Position numbers and translations under genes: made by a program
Part shown: positions 33,141-50,703 of the stretch, in pieces
Position numbering within the stretch: position 1 is the first letter of the stretch
Layout: every line of letters starts with the position of its first letter
The notes under the pieces: generated by a model
The model's input: only the letters and a program-made list of their open reading frames with translations
What the model was told of the DNA's origin: nothing
The model's database searches: none
Origin: the human T2T-CHM13v2.0 reference genome, Homo sapiens
Direction: 5' to 3' (one strand)
NCBI RefSeq assembly: GCF_009914755.1
Contig: NC_060934.1
DNA: 64,000 nt

Positions 33141-35413
33141 TATAGTAACTATAGATATATTTGCTGATAAATTTGCTTTTCTCTTTTAAAAGTCTATTCA
33201 TTTTCCTGAAATCCTGATGATGTTTTACATAGCCTCAATATTTTTTTCTTGGCAAAAATATAGTTGCTGAATTCTTAGTAGGTAGTTTCAGCAATAGTCT
33301 GGTAAGATACATTTATTTTGAAAAATAAAAGGAAAAACAGAAAAAAAAAGAAAGCAAGAGACAGAGTTTGAGAATTTGGATTTTGTATACACACAGATTA
33401 AATTTTCCAAATAATCCTTCTCTTCTCCTTTCACCTTTGTCTATATATTTGTACAACTGAAAGCCTCCCTCCCAAGACTGCCACTCTTTCCCTAACCAAA
33501 AATGAAGTATATTCTGGAAAATAAGGGAAAAAATATAATAAAGATAAAAGCATTTATTAAACACAGATAATAGTGTTTGAGGACAATATAGTGATGAAAT
33601 TGGGTGTTTCAAAATCAACTAACTTTGAGAACTAATATCATAAAATCTTAAATCAATCTTGTTTCAAGATAAAAATCAAAGAAAATATATCAGCACAAAA
33701 AGACTTGTTGGCAAGAAGGAGCATTTAAAATCTTAACCTGAGTATACCTAAAGCAACAAAACCGATTTACCACCTATCACCATTTTGAAATCCAAATTGA
33801 TCTAATAGAGGCAGAAGCAGCTAGAAGAACCATAGAGTTTCATATTAACCTTTAAAATAAGAATAAACAGTGAACTTGTAAATTACTCTCTTACAAATCA
33901 GACATGAATAGTTTTTGAAATAATGGAACACATTAACAGGATATTTGTGAACATTCTGAGAACAATAGATGACTCCTGAGCTGCACACAAGGTGAGTGAT
34001 TAAAAAAAAAAAAACACGCACCTCAACTTGTTAAAGAAAGTGATTATATAAAGAGGAAGGCATTCACTTAATGAGAAAAATAAACATATAAATGAAATAT
34101 AATCTTGGATGTTTACAAAACAACCTTTCCCCATGAGCTTAAAGCATGTTCTTCTTTAATGTGTTTTATGCCTCCTTAGCTGAGTGAAGATTTTTTTTGT
34201 TGCTCCGTCTTCACTTCTGTTTTATCCTAAGGCATTTAGGATTTTACCACGACCAGGACCCTAAAGGTGTCTCACTAGGGCCACTAGTGCCTTTCAATTG
34301 ATAATCCAGTGAATTTGTTTTCACTTCTTATCTTTCTTAAATTTCTTGTAGCGTTTTTAAAGTAAATGTGTATTAATGTATAACACATATATAGTACATT
34401 GCATAAATCACAAATATACAGCTACATCAATTTTTATAATGAAGACTGCACCTTCCTTTTGTTCACTCCCTCTCTCGTCTTTCACTCCCCTCCACCTATC
34501 TTTAAATTCTTTCCTCTTTTGTTCTCCACATGTCATTCTTCCCTCTTTTTTAAAAAATTAAATATATTTATTGAATAACAAATGGGATACAGAACACTTC
34601 TGTGAATTGGCTAAATAAAGATAAATAAGATGATAAGGATCATCTTAGATAAGATAGCCATAGTGACATAAAATTATTTTTATGTTTATTTACATAATTA
34701 AATTCTGATTTCATTGTAGGCAGATATCATTACTTATTTTTTTCATGCTTGTAGCATTAACAGGTTGCCAGACACATTCAGTAAATAAAGATATGTATGA
34801 TTGGAAATGGAGAAAGGAAGCTAGCTGAAATCATTTCACAGGGGTTAAAGTTGATGAAGACAGCTTTACACCTGAGAGCATTTGAACAAACAAAGTTACA
34901 CTTGGAGGAAAAGGGGTCTTATATATAGCCTATCGCATAGACACCCATGATACTGTATAAATGAACACAGCTTCTTCATAAATGAGCACAGCTTCTTCTC
35001 TTCTGTCTTATTTTTCCCTCTCAGGCTCATATTGCAGTTCTCTTTCACTATTTCCACCAGCTAGGTGTTGACCTATAGCGTTGATCCTTATATCTTTTTC
35101 CTCAGAACCTAAGTACTCTTCAGAGGGACCTTATCCATTCTTATCCCTCTGTTAGTTATGCCTTGGTGACATGTATGTCTTGACATATACATCAACTGTT
35201 CTCCTAACCCTACAGTTGTATAATACCACCATGTCTCCCCTGGATATGTAGTTCATAGCTCAGAAACAACACAGCCAGGCCAACAGCATCTACCACGGGT
35301 TGCAGAGGAAGCCTGCCTGTGCTCAAGGCCTGGCTTTGCACCTGACTGGGTATGTGACCTTGAGCAGGTCACTTAATATTAATATTTTTCTTTTTATAAT
35401 GTAGACATATCAT

Positions 35414-35910
35414 GTATTATAAGTTTCTTTGGCTGATGTGACCAATCACTAAACATTTATTAGCTTAAAAATCATAAAAATTTATTTATTTTTTACAGAT
35501 TTGAAGGCCATAAGTTCAAAATCAGTGTGACTGAGCTGAAATCAAGGTGTGAAAACAGCTGCACACCCTTCAGAGGCTCTCGGGGAGAATAAGGCATTGC
35601 CTATTCCAGCTCCTGGCAGCTGCCGGCACTGCCCCACTCATGGCCACATCACTCCAACCTCTGCCTCCATGGTCCCATTGCCTCCTCCTCTTCTGTCTGT
35701 GTCAAATGTCCTCTGTCTCTCATGGATACACATAATGGCATTTTGGGACCACTGGGCTAACTCACAATAATCTCTCCCTTTCAAGATATTTAACTTAATC
35801 ACATCTGCCAAGATCCTTTTTTCCAAATAAAGTCAACATTTACATATCCCAGAGAATGGGGTGTAATATCTTTTGGGGGGCCTGGGGGGACATTCTTCTA
35901 AGGCTAATGT
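35414..35910 (-). mobile_element. MLT1C/D-type LTR, apparently inserted into a MIR
   Basis: gagctgaaatcaaggtgt..cagaggctctcggggagaat..catggccacatcactccaacctctgcctcc..aacttaatcacatctgc; MIR-like tgtgaccttgagcaggtcacttaa just upstream. Confidence 0.82.
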
Positions 35911-36344
35911 ACTCTTTATTTGCTTATTCATCTGAGTTTAATATGCATCTTGAGAGTGCATCATTCAGCCCCCTACAGATGAAACAGTGACCATCTATGA
36001 GTGGTCATGTGGTTAAATAGGTAACTTCAGACCTAATTCTTGGGATAATACCTGAACAGGATCAGCACTCACTAAGCATTAGCTTTTTCATTGTTGTTCC
36101 TCATAAGTCTCCCCATGTCAGATTTTCTTTCTCAGGAAAAACCAACCAATATGAAGCCTGAGATCATGTCCTGTCAATTCTGTCCCCTTAACATCTCATT
36201 CTCATTGACTTGATTTCCACTCTCAGTGTCTCCAGGCTGAGATATTACAGCCTCCCATCTTCATCCTATGCTCCTCCAGCACATCCTTCCCACCTCTGCC
36301 AGAATGCTGTGTCTAAAGTAAACACTGGTCCTGGCGGTCCTGCA

Positions 36345-37625
36345 TATTGACATTTATTCCTTCCACAAACAATATTTAACCTAGTCTACGCTTGGCATTG
36401 AGAACACAAAGAAAATAAGGCATAGCCTGATTGGGGACGTTGTCAGACCACAAATGTGTAGTAGGTGGAAAAATGGTCCCTCAAAGACATCACTTCCTAA
36501 TCCCTGGAATCTGTGACTATTACATGATATTACAAAACATGTGATTAAGTGAAGGATCTGGAGAAGAGACATTTCCTGAATATCTAGATGGGCCCTAAAT
36601 GCAATCCTGTGTATTCCTATAAGGAGAAAGATAGAGAAAGACTAGACAGAGACACATGAACAGAAGAAAGTGATGTGAAGATGGAGGCAAAAATGGAAGG
36701 GATGCAGCCACAAGCCCAGGAATGCCGGCTGCCATCAGAAACAGGAAGAGGTAAGGTGTAGATTCTACCTAGAGCTTCTGGACTGAGCATGGCCCTGCCA
36801 ACACCTTAGTTTTGAACTTCTGCCTTCTAGAACTGTGAAAGAGTCCATTTCTGTTGTTGTAAACCACCAAGGTTGTGGTGATGTGGTACGGCCATCCTAC
36901 ACTAATGCAGCCGGGCAGAAGCACAGAGGAGGAGGTGCTCACAGAGCCTCGAAGCAGCCTGCGTGGGGACATACCAATGCTCAGGAAAGGCTTCTTGGAG
37001 GAAGTGCTGTGTGAGCCGAAACTCTCCATTTGAATAGGAGCTAATCCCATGGGAAAGAAGGAAACACGCGTCCTGCAGGATGCAAAGGGAGGAGAGAAAG
37101 AATGAGGGGCTCAGGAAATGATTTGCATTTGGTTCTGCTAGGATTTTATGTCGGAAGTGACCAACAGTGAAGCTCGAGACAAGGTTTGAAATGGATCACA
37201 TGGAGCAGTGTCTCCTTCCGTAAACAGCTGAGACTTTGTCCTGTAAGTGACAAAGCCAGTGATGCTTCTGAAGCAGGACTCTATTTAAAATGGGAGCTCC
37301 AGGGTGGCCACACAGCAGTAGGATAAGGTAGGTGATGGGAAAACTAGTTAGAAAGTTGCAAGGACAGAGAGGAGGGTAGAGATGACAAACTTTTTAGTTG
37401 ATATCATCAGTAGGATTTTAGGGTTATTTAGCTTGGGTGGAAAAGGGATAGACTGAGAAAGGGAAGGAAGACATTCAAGCTTCTGGCTTTGGTGACCACT
37501 TCACTGGGGGTGAGTAGTTATAGCATCTACAGGTAGAAATATTTAACATGCAGTTCCATATATATAAGTCTGAAGTTCAGGGTAGAAGTATAGACTGAAG
37601 ATTCTGATTTGAAAGTTGTCAGAAT
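36345..37625 (-). mobile_element. L2 3' region, split by an MLT1
   Basis: catttattccttccacaaacaatattt start; caggaaaggcttcttggaggaagtg; aagtctgaagttcagggtagaagtatagactgaagat. Confidence 0.65.
36457..36909 (+). mobile_element. MLT1C/D-type solo LTR
   Basis: tgtagtaggtggaaaaatggtccc..cctaatccctggaatctgtga..gatgtgaagatggaggca..gcatggccctgccaacacctt..ctaatgca. Confidence 0.88.
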
Positions 37626-39043
37626 TTACGACACATTACTACGTGTATTTTAATGCCTTTCTCAAACTCTACTAAACCACAAAGAAAAGGGTTTATGTCT
37701 TCCTGCTCTTCATATTCTCAGCTCTTAGAAAATACAAAGACATCCAATAAAGCTTTAAGAAAGGAATTAATATACTGATTAGAATATTGATGTTTTTATT
37801 AGGTACATTTGATCTACTTTGACTAAAATGCCTTTTTAAAAAATGTAGCCTTTTGTAGAAGAAGTTCAAAATAACTCATTTAGCCTCAATAAATCAATAA
37901 TTATACTGTTACTGGATGTAATGAAAAAATATCTAATCATTATAAATTAAAAAAGAGAATTATATTTCATCAATACATTTTTTCCAGTAAAGTTTCATAA
38001 AATGGGTAAGAAATACACCACATCAAGGAAAAATTAACAAGTAAGAATAAGAGGAAAAGCAAACGTTTCTAGTACTGAGCTATTTTCTAACCTATACTAT
38101 TTTAAGCTAGTCTGTAACACATGGAAATTTTGAATAAAGTTAAAATCTGTTACTAGCCAGGGATGGGAAAAATGAATAGTTGGTTGTTTTAAGCTTTGAT
38201 TTCTGTGATTCTAAGAATGTCTTTCTTTGTTTTTATTTTTCCTAAAGACAAAGCATTTAATAAAATGCTCTCCCTACATTGAGCAGCACCAAATAAAAAC
38301 AGCCCTAGTCAGGACAGAAAGATTTCTTTAAGGATTAAGTTCAAATCAAAGATTTGTTTGAAATATATATAGCTTTCAATTATATCCACTCTTTATTGCC
38401 ACAATCACTTTCTGTTATAACACATTTAACACACACAAGAAGAGACTTTCAAGAACCTGTAGACATTATTAGATTTAATAATTAGCCACCCACGATTGTG
38501 TTGATTAGTTAGATTTTCACACTTCCCATGTGTGGAGGTCAAGGCTGAGAATGGAAAGAATGTGCTCTATGGCTGCATACGCAAAGAAAAGAATGAAATA
38601 TATATACACACACATTCGCTTAATGTAATGCAATTACAATGGAATGGAATTCTCTTAATGGAACATATTATATATATATTCACTTAAATATTATATTTTA
38701 GGTTAAAATAGAATAGGCTAGAAAATAGCTCAGTGCTAGAAACATTTGCTTTTCCTCCTATTCTTGTTAATTTTTCCTTGATGTTGTATATTTCTTTCCC
38801 ATTTTCTGAAACTTTACTGGAAAAAAATATCGATGTGATATAATTCTCCTTTTTAAATTATAATGATTAGATTTTTTTCATTAAATCCAGTAATGGTATA
38901 ATTGTTGATTATTGAGGCGAAATGGGTTATTTCGAGCTTCTACAAAAGGTTACATTTTTTAAAAAAAGCATTTTAGTCAAAGTAGATCAAATGTACCTAA
39001 TACAAACATCAATATTCTCATCAGTATATTAATTCATTTCTTA

Positions 39044-39534
<491 letters not shown>

Positions 39535-40342
39535 TCAAATCAAAAGGAATTGATTTGTTGTAAACATTTTCTTTCATTGTCAGATTTTTAGTGGTAATTT
39601 TTTTGTTAACTTCTCCTTCGCAGACAAGATGAAGTCAAAAAGTGGCCTTTGAGTACTTTCTAAGCAACCCGGGAGTAGAAGAACGCTCTAAACCTGGACT
39701 CTTTGAGCTGCCCAAAAGTAAAGGTTGTATGAAGGAACTTTGCTTGGAATAGTGGCCGCGTTGATTAATGTGCCTGGTATAAACAGCAAAGCCTGGGCAT
39801 GGAATGTGATCAATAGAATATTTGTTAAATGATGCAAATCACTATTAATTATTGCTTCAGAGAGCTAGCTTAGGGATAACTTTGAGAAGTGGTAAAGACA
39901 GAGCCAGAAGCTTAAGCATTGGCAATAGCATAGAAGGATTATAACACAGAAGAAACGGAAGTAAAGAAGCAGAGGAAGCCAGCTTTGTTTCAAAATGATG
40001 CCATGCATTCTCTAGGAGATGGAATACATATGTAAACAGAAGGAACATAGTAGAGAAAGAGCATGAAACAACATTTGTTTAAAATTGACCTTTCTCTTTG
40101 AACAAGAATGGACAGTACAATATCCAATAACAAAATTGATAATTGAATAACTGGTGTTTGCAAATTGGGAAACAAACATAATTTGAGCACCAATTCTTTT
40201 AACAATTTTGTCTTATCAGATGTAACAGGGTGAGGGTTTGCCAAGCATCAGTAGCACTGTGAGAGCATTTTCTGCTTTATGTCTCTCTGGTAACTAGAGG
40301 GCACCTCTTCTAGCTTTAGCTTATTGCTCCATGAGATTTTCC

Positions 40343-40695
40343 TTTTTTTTTTTTTTTTTTGGTAATTGTCTTTTTTAAAAAAATTATAGTAACAAATAAT
40401 CATTCTACATATTTATGGGAACAGTGTGATGTATCAGTGCATGTACACTGTATAATGATCAAATGGGGGTAATTACCATATCTGTCTCCTTAAATATTTA
40501 TCACTTCTGTGTGTGATAGCATTCAAAGTCTTCTAGCGATCTTGAAATATTCGCTACATTAGTTTTTGCTATAGTAACTCTACTGTGTAATAGACTGCCA
40601 GGGCTTATTCTTGCTGTCTAGCTGGACTTGGTACCCATTTTCCACCTTTCCCCTTCTCCTCTTCATCACCCTACCCTCCCCAGCTTCCAGTAATT
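40343..40695 (-). mobile_element. L1MA-type 3' end fragment
   Basis: Poly-T, then acatatttatgggaacagtgtgatg..tgtataatgatcaaat..gtaattaccatatc..ctatagtaactctactgtgtaataga. Confidence 0.82.
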
Positions 40696-41110
40696 TTTAA
40701 TCTATATATTATAAGTTTTTCTCACATTTAAGTTCCCTCAATCAAACCCAAGTACTCCAGACTGGGTTCTCTTTAGGTGGATTCATTTAAAGAGAGTGTA
40801 TGTTTTGATTAATTTTCTTCTTATGTATTTTCAATGTGTTAGCACTTAATACTATTTTGAGTGCAAAGACTGCATATAATATTTAGCCAAATACATATGT
40901 ACTTCATTTGAGGGATCTTAAGATAACCCTCTACAAGCTATGAAATGAGGTTTTCTTATAATGTGGAAAAATTCATCTGAATGTTTCTAAAAGAATGAAC
41001 TCATAAATAACAGAAGGTAACACTGAAAGCAGAATAAACTCAAATAAAGGACACTTGTAAACGTAAAAGAAATTTGACATCAGTATATAATTGTTTAAGG
41101 ATCCATAATG

Positions 41111-41465
<355 letters not shown>

Positions 41466-41657
41466 TTAATATGTACTCTACTGACTTGCCAGGTCAAAGA
41501 AATATTGTATGTAAAGGAACAAATTTATAATTTTAAGAATGTGATTTATCTATATAAATAATAATATAAACTAACATTATACAAATTACACAAAATTATA
41601 CAAAGTATGACTCCAAAACAATCAACATTTAAATTAGGACATTAAAAAGCCACCACA

Positions 41658-41968
<311 letters not shown>

Positions 41969-42487
41969 AAACCACCACAGACACATCCAACGAAATTGAC
42001 ATTTGAAGAACTTTTTTTGAGAATTAGACCATGATTATGAAGGTTAGGGAGTTAACAAGATTATTTCTAGAATTCTAATTTACAACCTTATTAAAAAGTT
42101 ACTTCTATATTGTACTTTTTGGATCAAAAATAATGATTTTCAACTTGAATGTTTTCTTAGTTACTATTTGGCTCTGAATGACATGATATTCTCAAATTCA
42201 AAATTCACCTCCAAAGTGGTCAGATATATACTAAATTGAAGTTATTTCAAATAGTTTTTGACATGACTCCTGAAAGCATTTGTCAAAGAATTATTTCTAG
42301 AAACTTCTGGGCAGAAGAAATATCACTTTGATTAAAAATATGTCCTTCCAATGTCACTCCACTGGGGAACATAATGCTTATTCAACAGTGTATATTCTTT
42401 CATGTGTATTTTCCTAAAAACAATAGAGATTTCATTTTGCATAGACCAGGATGGTATGTACCCATATTTTAATAAACAATAAATTAG

Positions 42488-42865
<378 letters not shown>

Positions 42866-42873
42866 GGGTGTAA

Positions 42874-43230
42874 ATTTTTACTGTGGTAAAATACACATAA
42901 CAAAATTTACTATCTTAAGTGTTTTTAAGTGTACAGTTGAGTTGTATGAAGTACATTCATAATGTTGTGCAACCATCACCATCTGTCTCCAGAACTCTTC
43001 CTCTTGAAAACTGTAACAATCTACCCATTGAACAGTAAGTCACCATTTCCTTGCTCCCCAGCTCCTGGCAACCACCATTTTACTTTCAGCCTCTATGATT
43101 TAAACTACCCTAAATACCTCACGTAAGCAGAATCATACCGTCATTGCCTTTTCGCAACTGGCTTATTTCACTAGCATAATGTCCTCAAGCCTTATCCATG
43201 TTGCAGAATACATCAGAATTTTCTTCCTGT
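42874..43230 (-). mobile_element. L1MB-type 3' end
   Basis: tgtggtaaaatacacataacaaaatttactatctt..ttgtgcaaccatcacc..ctcctggcaaccaccatt..ctggcttatttcactagcataatgtcctcaag. Confidence 0.88.
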
Positions 43231-43341
43231 ATATATACGTATATTCCTGTATGTATTCCTTCCTGCATATATACGTATACATGTATATATGTATACGTAT
43301 ATATATGTATGTGTGTGTGTATGTCAAAAATAGTGAAATAA

Positions 43342-43652
<311 letters not shown>

Positions 43653-44509
43653 TGAGAAGTTTCATACATCTTTACAAACTAAAGAATCAAAATTTAAATT
43701 ATTAAACAATTGCACACAAAAATGCACATTTTACAATCACATATAAGTAAGGTTCAAAATTTGAGCACATTCATTAATGCATTTCACAAATATTCACTGA
43801 GGCCTTATATGCCAGGCACTGATCTAAATTCAAAGGAGAAAAAGCAATCAAAATAGGCAAGAATCCTTGGCATCTCCTTTTCTCTTTCTACTCTATCATG
43901 CATAATTTCTTCAGATTTGCGTAGTTGTTCAGGTATTTTTGAGTTACGAATGCTCTTTTTAATGGCATCTAACATGCAGAGCAGTTTGAATCATCCACTG
44001 CACTTAAAATTTCAATTATGACTTTTTCTTCAATTCCAGAGGCATTTCTTGGAACTCTATTTGTTAAAGTCCTTTGAAGACAGTGTTGTAGCTCACAGCC
44101 TCAGAAATTTCTTTTCACATATATATATATATATATATTTTACTTTTGCCTCAGGCCTATGGACATAAACTCTTATCTTTAGTAGTAGTTATTGGTTATT
44201 AGATAATCTAAACCAAGTAAGGCAAGTGAAAAAGACTAATAACTACTACTGCTATTCATGTGTTCATGCCGGGTAGGTACAAATATAATTTTACAGTGAT
44301 CCCATAAGAGATGGAACAAAAATTAAGGGATTAAAATGTAGTCAAAACTGGCAACTTGAAGCGTGAAAAAGCTAATGAAAAGTTTCTTAGCCCTTTTCAA
44401 AGTCAGTCTAGAAAAAGGATTTAGTCAATCTAACTAGATTATAAACCAAACTCAATGAGTGTAATAAAAATTACGCTGATGGTTTACATGAATTTAAAAA
44501 ATCCTATGG

Positions 44510-45212
44510 ACTAAAGTTTCACAACATTGGGATTGGCAATGATTTCTTGGTCAAATGATACCAAAGACACAGACAAGAAAAGATAAAAATAGAGAAATTG
44601 TACTTCATAAAAAAAATTTTAAATTTGCACATCAAAACACACTGTCCACAGGATAAAAAAGCAACCTAGCCCATGGAATGGAGGAAAGTATTTGCAAGTT
44701 ATATATGCAGATAACTTAAAACTCAACAACAACAACAAACTCTGATTCAAAATAAGCAAGAGGCTTGAATAGCCATTTCTCCAAAGAAGACACAGAAGAA
44801 ACCGACAGGCACATAGAAAGATTCTCAACACCACTAATCATTATAGAAATGCAAATCAAAACCGCAATGAAATACCACTTCACACCATTAGGATGACTAC
44901 TATTAACCACAAAACCAGAAAATAAAAAGTGTTGGTGAGGATGTGGAGAAATTGAAAGTCTTACACATTGTTGGTGGCAATGTAAAATGCTACAGCCACT
45001 ATGGAAAACAGTATGATGATTCTGCAAAAAATTAAACACAGACTTACCATATAATCCAGTAATTCCACTTCTGAGTATATACCCAAAGAAATGGAAACAG
45101 GGCCTTGAAGAGATGTTTCTACAGCCATGTTCATAGCCGCACTATTCACAACAGCTGAAATGTGGATGCAACCCACGTATTCATCATTAAGCAAAATGTG
45201 GAATATACAATT
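44510..45212 (+). mobile_element. L1MB-type ORF2 C-terminal fragment
   Basis: ggcaatgatttcttgg..catttctccaaagaagac..gaaatgcaaatcaaaaccgcaatgaaataccac..aattccacttctgagtatatacccaaagaa. Confidence 0.88.
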
Positions 45213-45992
45213 ATATCTCAACAAAGCAGTTTCTAAAAAAAAAAAAAAGACCTTGTGAGTATTAGCCAAAAAATAGACAAATAAATCAATAGAACAGAAT
45301 AGAGAGCCCAGAAATAGGCTCACAAAAATAAAGGCAATAGATCTTTGACATTGAAGCAAAAGCAATTCAATGAAGAAAGGTTAATCTTTTTAAACAAATA
45401 GCGCTGAAAAAACTGGACATCTACATGCTAAAAAACAAAAACAAAACAAAAAAGAATCTAAACACTAACCTTACACCTTTCATAGAACTGAAAGGAGAAA
45501 GAAACAAATCCTCCACAATTATACCTGGACACTTCCACACCCCCTTCTCAACAACTGAAAAAAACAACTAGACAGGAAAACATCAAAGAGGTAGAAGAAC
45601 TCCACAATACCATCAACTAACAGGATCTAATAGACATTAACAGAACACCCCAAGGAGCAATAGCAGAATACACATTCTTTTCAAGTGCCAACCAACATAT
45701 GCCAAAATGGACCATATCCTAGACCATAAAACCAACCTTAACAAATTTAAAATGGCTGAATTTATACAGAGTATGTTCTTTGACTAGATGCCAAACTAGA
45801 AATCAGTAACAGAAGGTTAACAAGAAAATACCCAACACTTGGAAATGAAACAACACACTTATAAATGTTCCATTAATAAAAGAAGGCTCAATGGAAATTT
45901 TAAAAATCTATCAACTGAATGAAAATGAAAATATGATATATCAAAACCTGCAGGACACAGCTAAAGCAGTGGAGAGAGTAAAATTTATAGCA

Positions 45993-46245
45993 ATAGGAAG
46001 CCAAGGCAGGTGAACTTCTTGAGTCCAGGAATTTAAGACCAGCCTGGGCAATACAGGGAGACCTTGTCTCTACAAAAAAAATACAAAAGAATTACCCAGG
46101 CATAGTGGTGTCCACCTATACTCAGCCAGTTGGGAAGCTGAGGTGGGAGGATCACTTGAGACTAGGAGGTCAAGACTGCAGTGAGCTATAATTACACTAC
46201 TGCACTCTAGCCTGGGTGACAGAGTGAGAGCCTGTCTCAAAAAAC
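45993..46245 (+). mobile_element. AluJ, 5'-truncated
   Basis: ttgagtccaggaatttaagaccagcctgggcaata; gaggtgggaggatcacttgag..ggtcaagactgcagtgagcta. Confidence 0.9.
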
Positions 46246-46473
46246 AAGAGACACATTGGAAGAAAAAATGCTCAATTCAACAATCTAAGCTTTTGTTTCA
46301 AGGACCTAGAAAGAGAGGAGCCAAAAAAGCTCAAAGCAATGAAAGATGGAAATAATGAAGATAGGAAAAATTTGCCAATGTCAGGAATATTACAGGCACC
46401 TCATTATAGACGTTGCAGACATCAAAAGGAACAGAAAAGAATACTACAAGCAAAACATTATTTGACAAGATAG

Positions 46474-46799
<326 letters not shown>

Positions 46800-46817
46800 T
46801 AAATGGATCTATTCTTT

Positions 46818-47106
<289 letters not shown>

Positions 47107-48033
47107 TAAATGGGTCAATTCTTTAAAGAACACACAAACTACCACAACTCACCCTATATAAAATAGATAATTTTGATAGCCCTATAACTATTGACATTGA
47201 TGTCACAATTTTATAACTCCCAGAAAGTTAATTTGTAGGCCAGATGCTTTCACTGGAGAATTCTATCAAAATATTAAATAAGAATGAATACCAATTTTAC
47301 ATAATCTATGTTACTGGAAATAAAAGAGAAGGAAACACTTCCTGACACATTTTCTGAATGTGATGTTACCCTGATACCTACATCAGGCAAAGCACAAAAA
47401 GAAAAACTACTGAACAACACCACTCATGAATACAAATGCAAAGACACCAAACAAAATATTGTCAAATAAAATGTGGTACTATATATATATAAAAAAATTA
47501 TACTCCACGATCACAGGGAGTTTGTTCCAGGAATGCAAGACTGGTCCAATATTTGAAAAAAAATCACATGATCACATCAATCATTGCAGAACATAATTCA
47601 ATACCCATTCAGGATAAAAACTGAGAAAAATAGGAACAGAGGAAAATGTCCTCCACTTGATAAGAAAAATCCACAACCAAAACTGTAGCTAACATAACAC
47701 AATGTTGAAAGGTTAAATGTTTTTTTCACTGAGATTAGGAACAAGACAAAACCGTTCACTCTTACCACTCTTTATTCAAATTGATGGAAATTCTAGTCAG
47801 TGCAATAAGGCAAGAAAAATATGCAAATGACATGTAGATCAAAAAGGAAGGAATATCACTGTCTCTCTCTATGAACACTGTCTCTCTCTATGAACACTGT
47901 CTTTATTTACAGAAGACATAATTGTCTCCTTAGAAAACCCCACGTATTCTACAGAAAAACTCTTAGAAGTGAATGTAGCAGTATCACAGAATAAAAGATA
48001 AACATGCAGAAATAAATCACATTTTTTTTTTTT

Positions 48034-48373
<340 letters not shown>

Positions 48374-48521
48374 TTATATAACAGAGATTGGCACTGAAAT
48401 TCAAAATAAAATACTACTTACGATTTCTCAAAAATTGGTTTACTAAAGTATAAATCTAATAAAATACATAGAGGACTTCTGTACTGAAAATTGCAAAATG
48501 CTGATGAAAGAATTTGAAGAT

Positions 48522-48824
48522 GGCAGGCGCAGTGGCTCACGCCTGCAATCCCAGCACTTTGGGATGCTGAGGTGGGTGGATCACGAGGTCAGGAGATCGA
48601 GACCATCCAGGCTAACACGGTGAAACCCCGTCTCTACTAAAAATATAAAAAATTAGCCGGGCATGGTGGCGGGCGCCTGTAGTCCTAGCTACTCGGGAGG
48701 CTGAGTCAGGAGAATGGCGTGAACCTGGGAGGCGGAGCTTTCAGTAAGCAGAGATTGCACCACTGCACTCCAGCCTGGGTGACAGAGAGAGACTCTGTCT
48801 CAAAACAAAACAAGAAAAAAACAA
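48522..48824 (+). mobile_element. AluY
   Basis: AluY diagnostics; aaagaatttgaa at 48507-48518 and 48825-48836. Confidence 0.96.
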
Positions 48825-48974
48825 AAAGAATTTGAAAGCATTCTAACTAAATCAAGAAACATAAACATATCCTATTTATAGATTGTAATAAAATTAGAAT
48901 AAATTAGAAATGAAGTCTAATATTTGTATTTTATAGATTATAATTAAACTCATTATAATTAGTCTTTCCTCGTG

Positions 48975-49612
<638 letters not shown>

Positions 49613-50020
49613 GATATGTTTTATTATGCAATGGGAAAGGCCTTCCCTGAGTAAGGAAAGTTCCCACTTTAAATCAGCTAGTAAGAAAGCAGCAAATTAA
49701 AGCCAAAACAAGCAGAGGAAAGAAATATGATCAGAAATCAATTACATTGAAAATAGATAAACAAAATTTCAATGCAGTCAAAAGCTGATTCTTTGAAAAA
49801 AAATCATTACAATTGATAGAGCTCTAATCAAACCAATTGGAGAAACATGAAATAAGAGAGGACACAAATGATCAATATCAGTAATAAGAGGAGACATCAC
49901 ATACAAGGAAGACATTGAGAGGATGCTACAAATAACTTTAAGTTCATACATTCAGCAACTTAAACGTGCCAATTCCTTGAAACTCACAAACTACTCAAAC
50001 TCATTTTAGAAGAAATATGT

Positions 50021-50370
<350 letters not shown>

Positions 50371-50383
50371 CATATGTGACCAT

Positions 50384-50703
50384 GCCGGGCGCAGTGGCTC
50401 ACGTCTGTAATCCCAGCACTTTAGGAGGCTGAGGCGGGCAGATCACCAGGTCAGGAGATAGAGACCATCCTGGCTAACACACGGTGAAACCCTGTCTCTA
50501 CTAAAAATACCAAAAAATTAGCCAGGCATGGTGGCGGGCGCCTGTAGTCCCAGAGGCTGAGGCGCCTACTCAGGAGGCTGAGGCAGGAGAATGGCGTGAA
50601 CCCGGGGGGCAGAGCTTGCAGTGAGCCGAGATCTCACCACCGCACCCCAGCCTGGGCAACAGAACAAGACTCCGTCTCAAAATAAATAAATAAATAAATA
50701 AAA
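50384..50703 (+). mobile_element. AluY with small internal duplication
   Basis: accatcctggctaacac and gaatggcgtgaacccgg; an extra gaggctgaggc near 50553. Confidence 0.95.
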
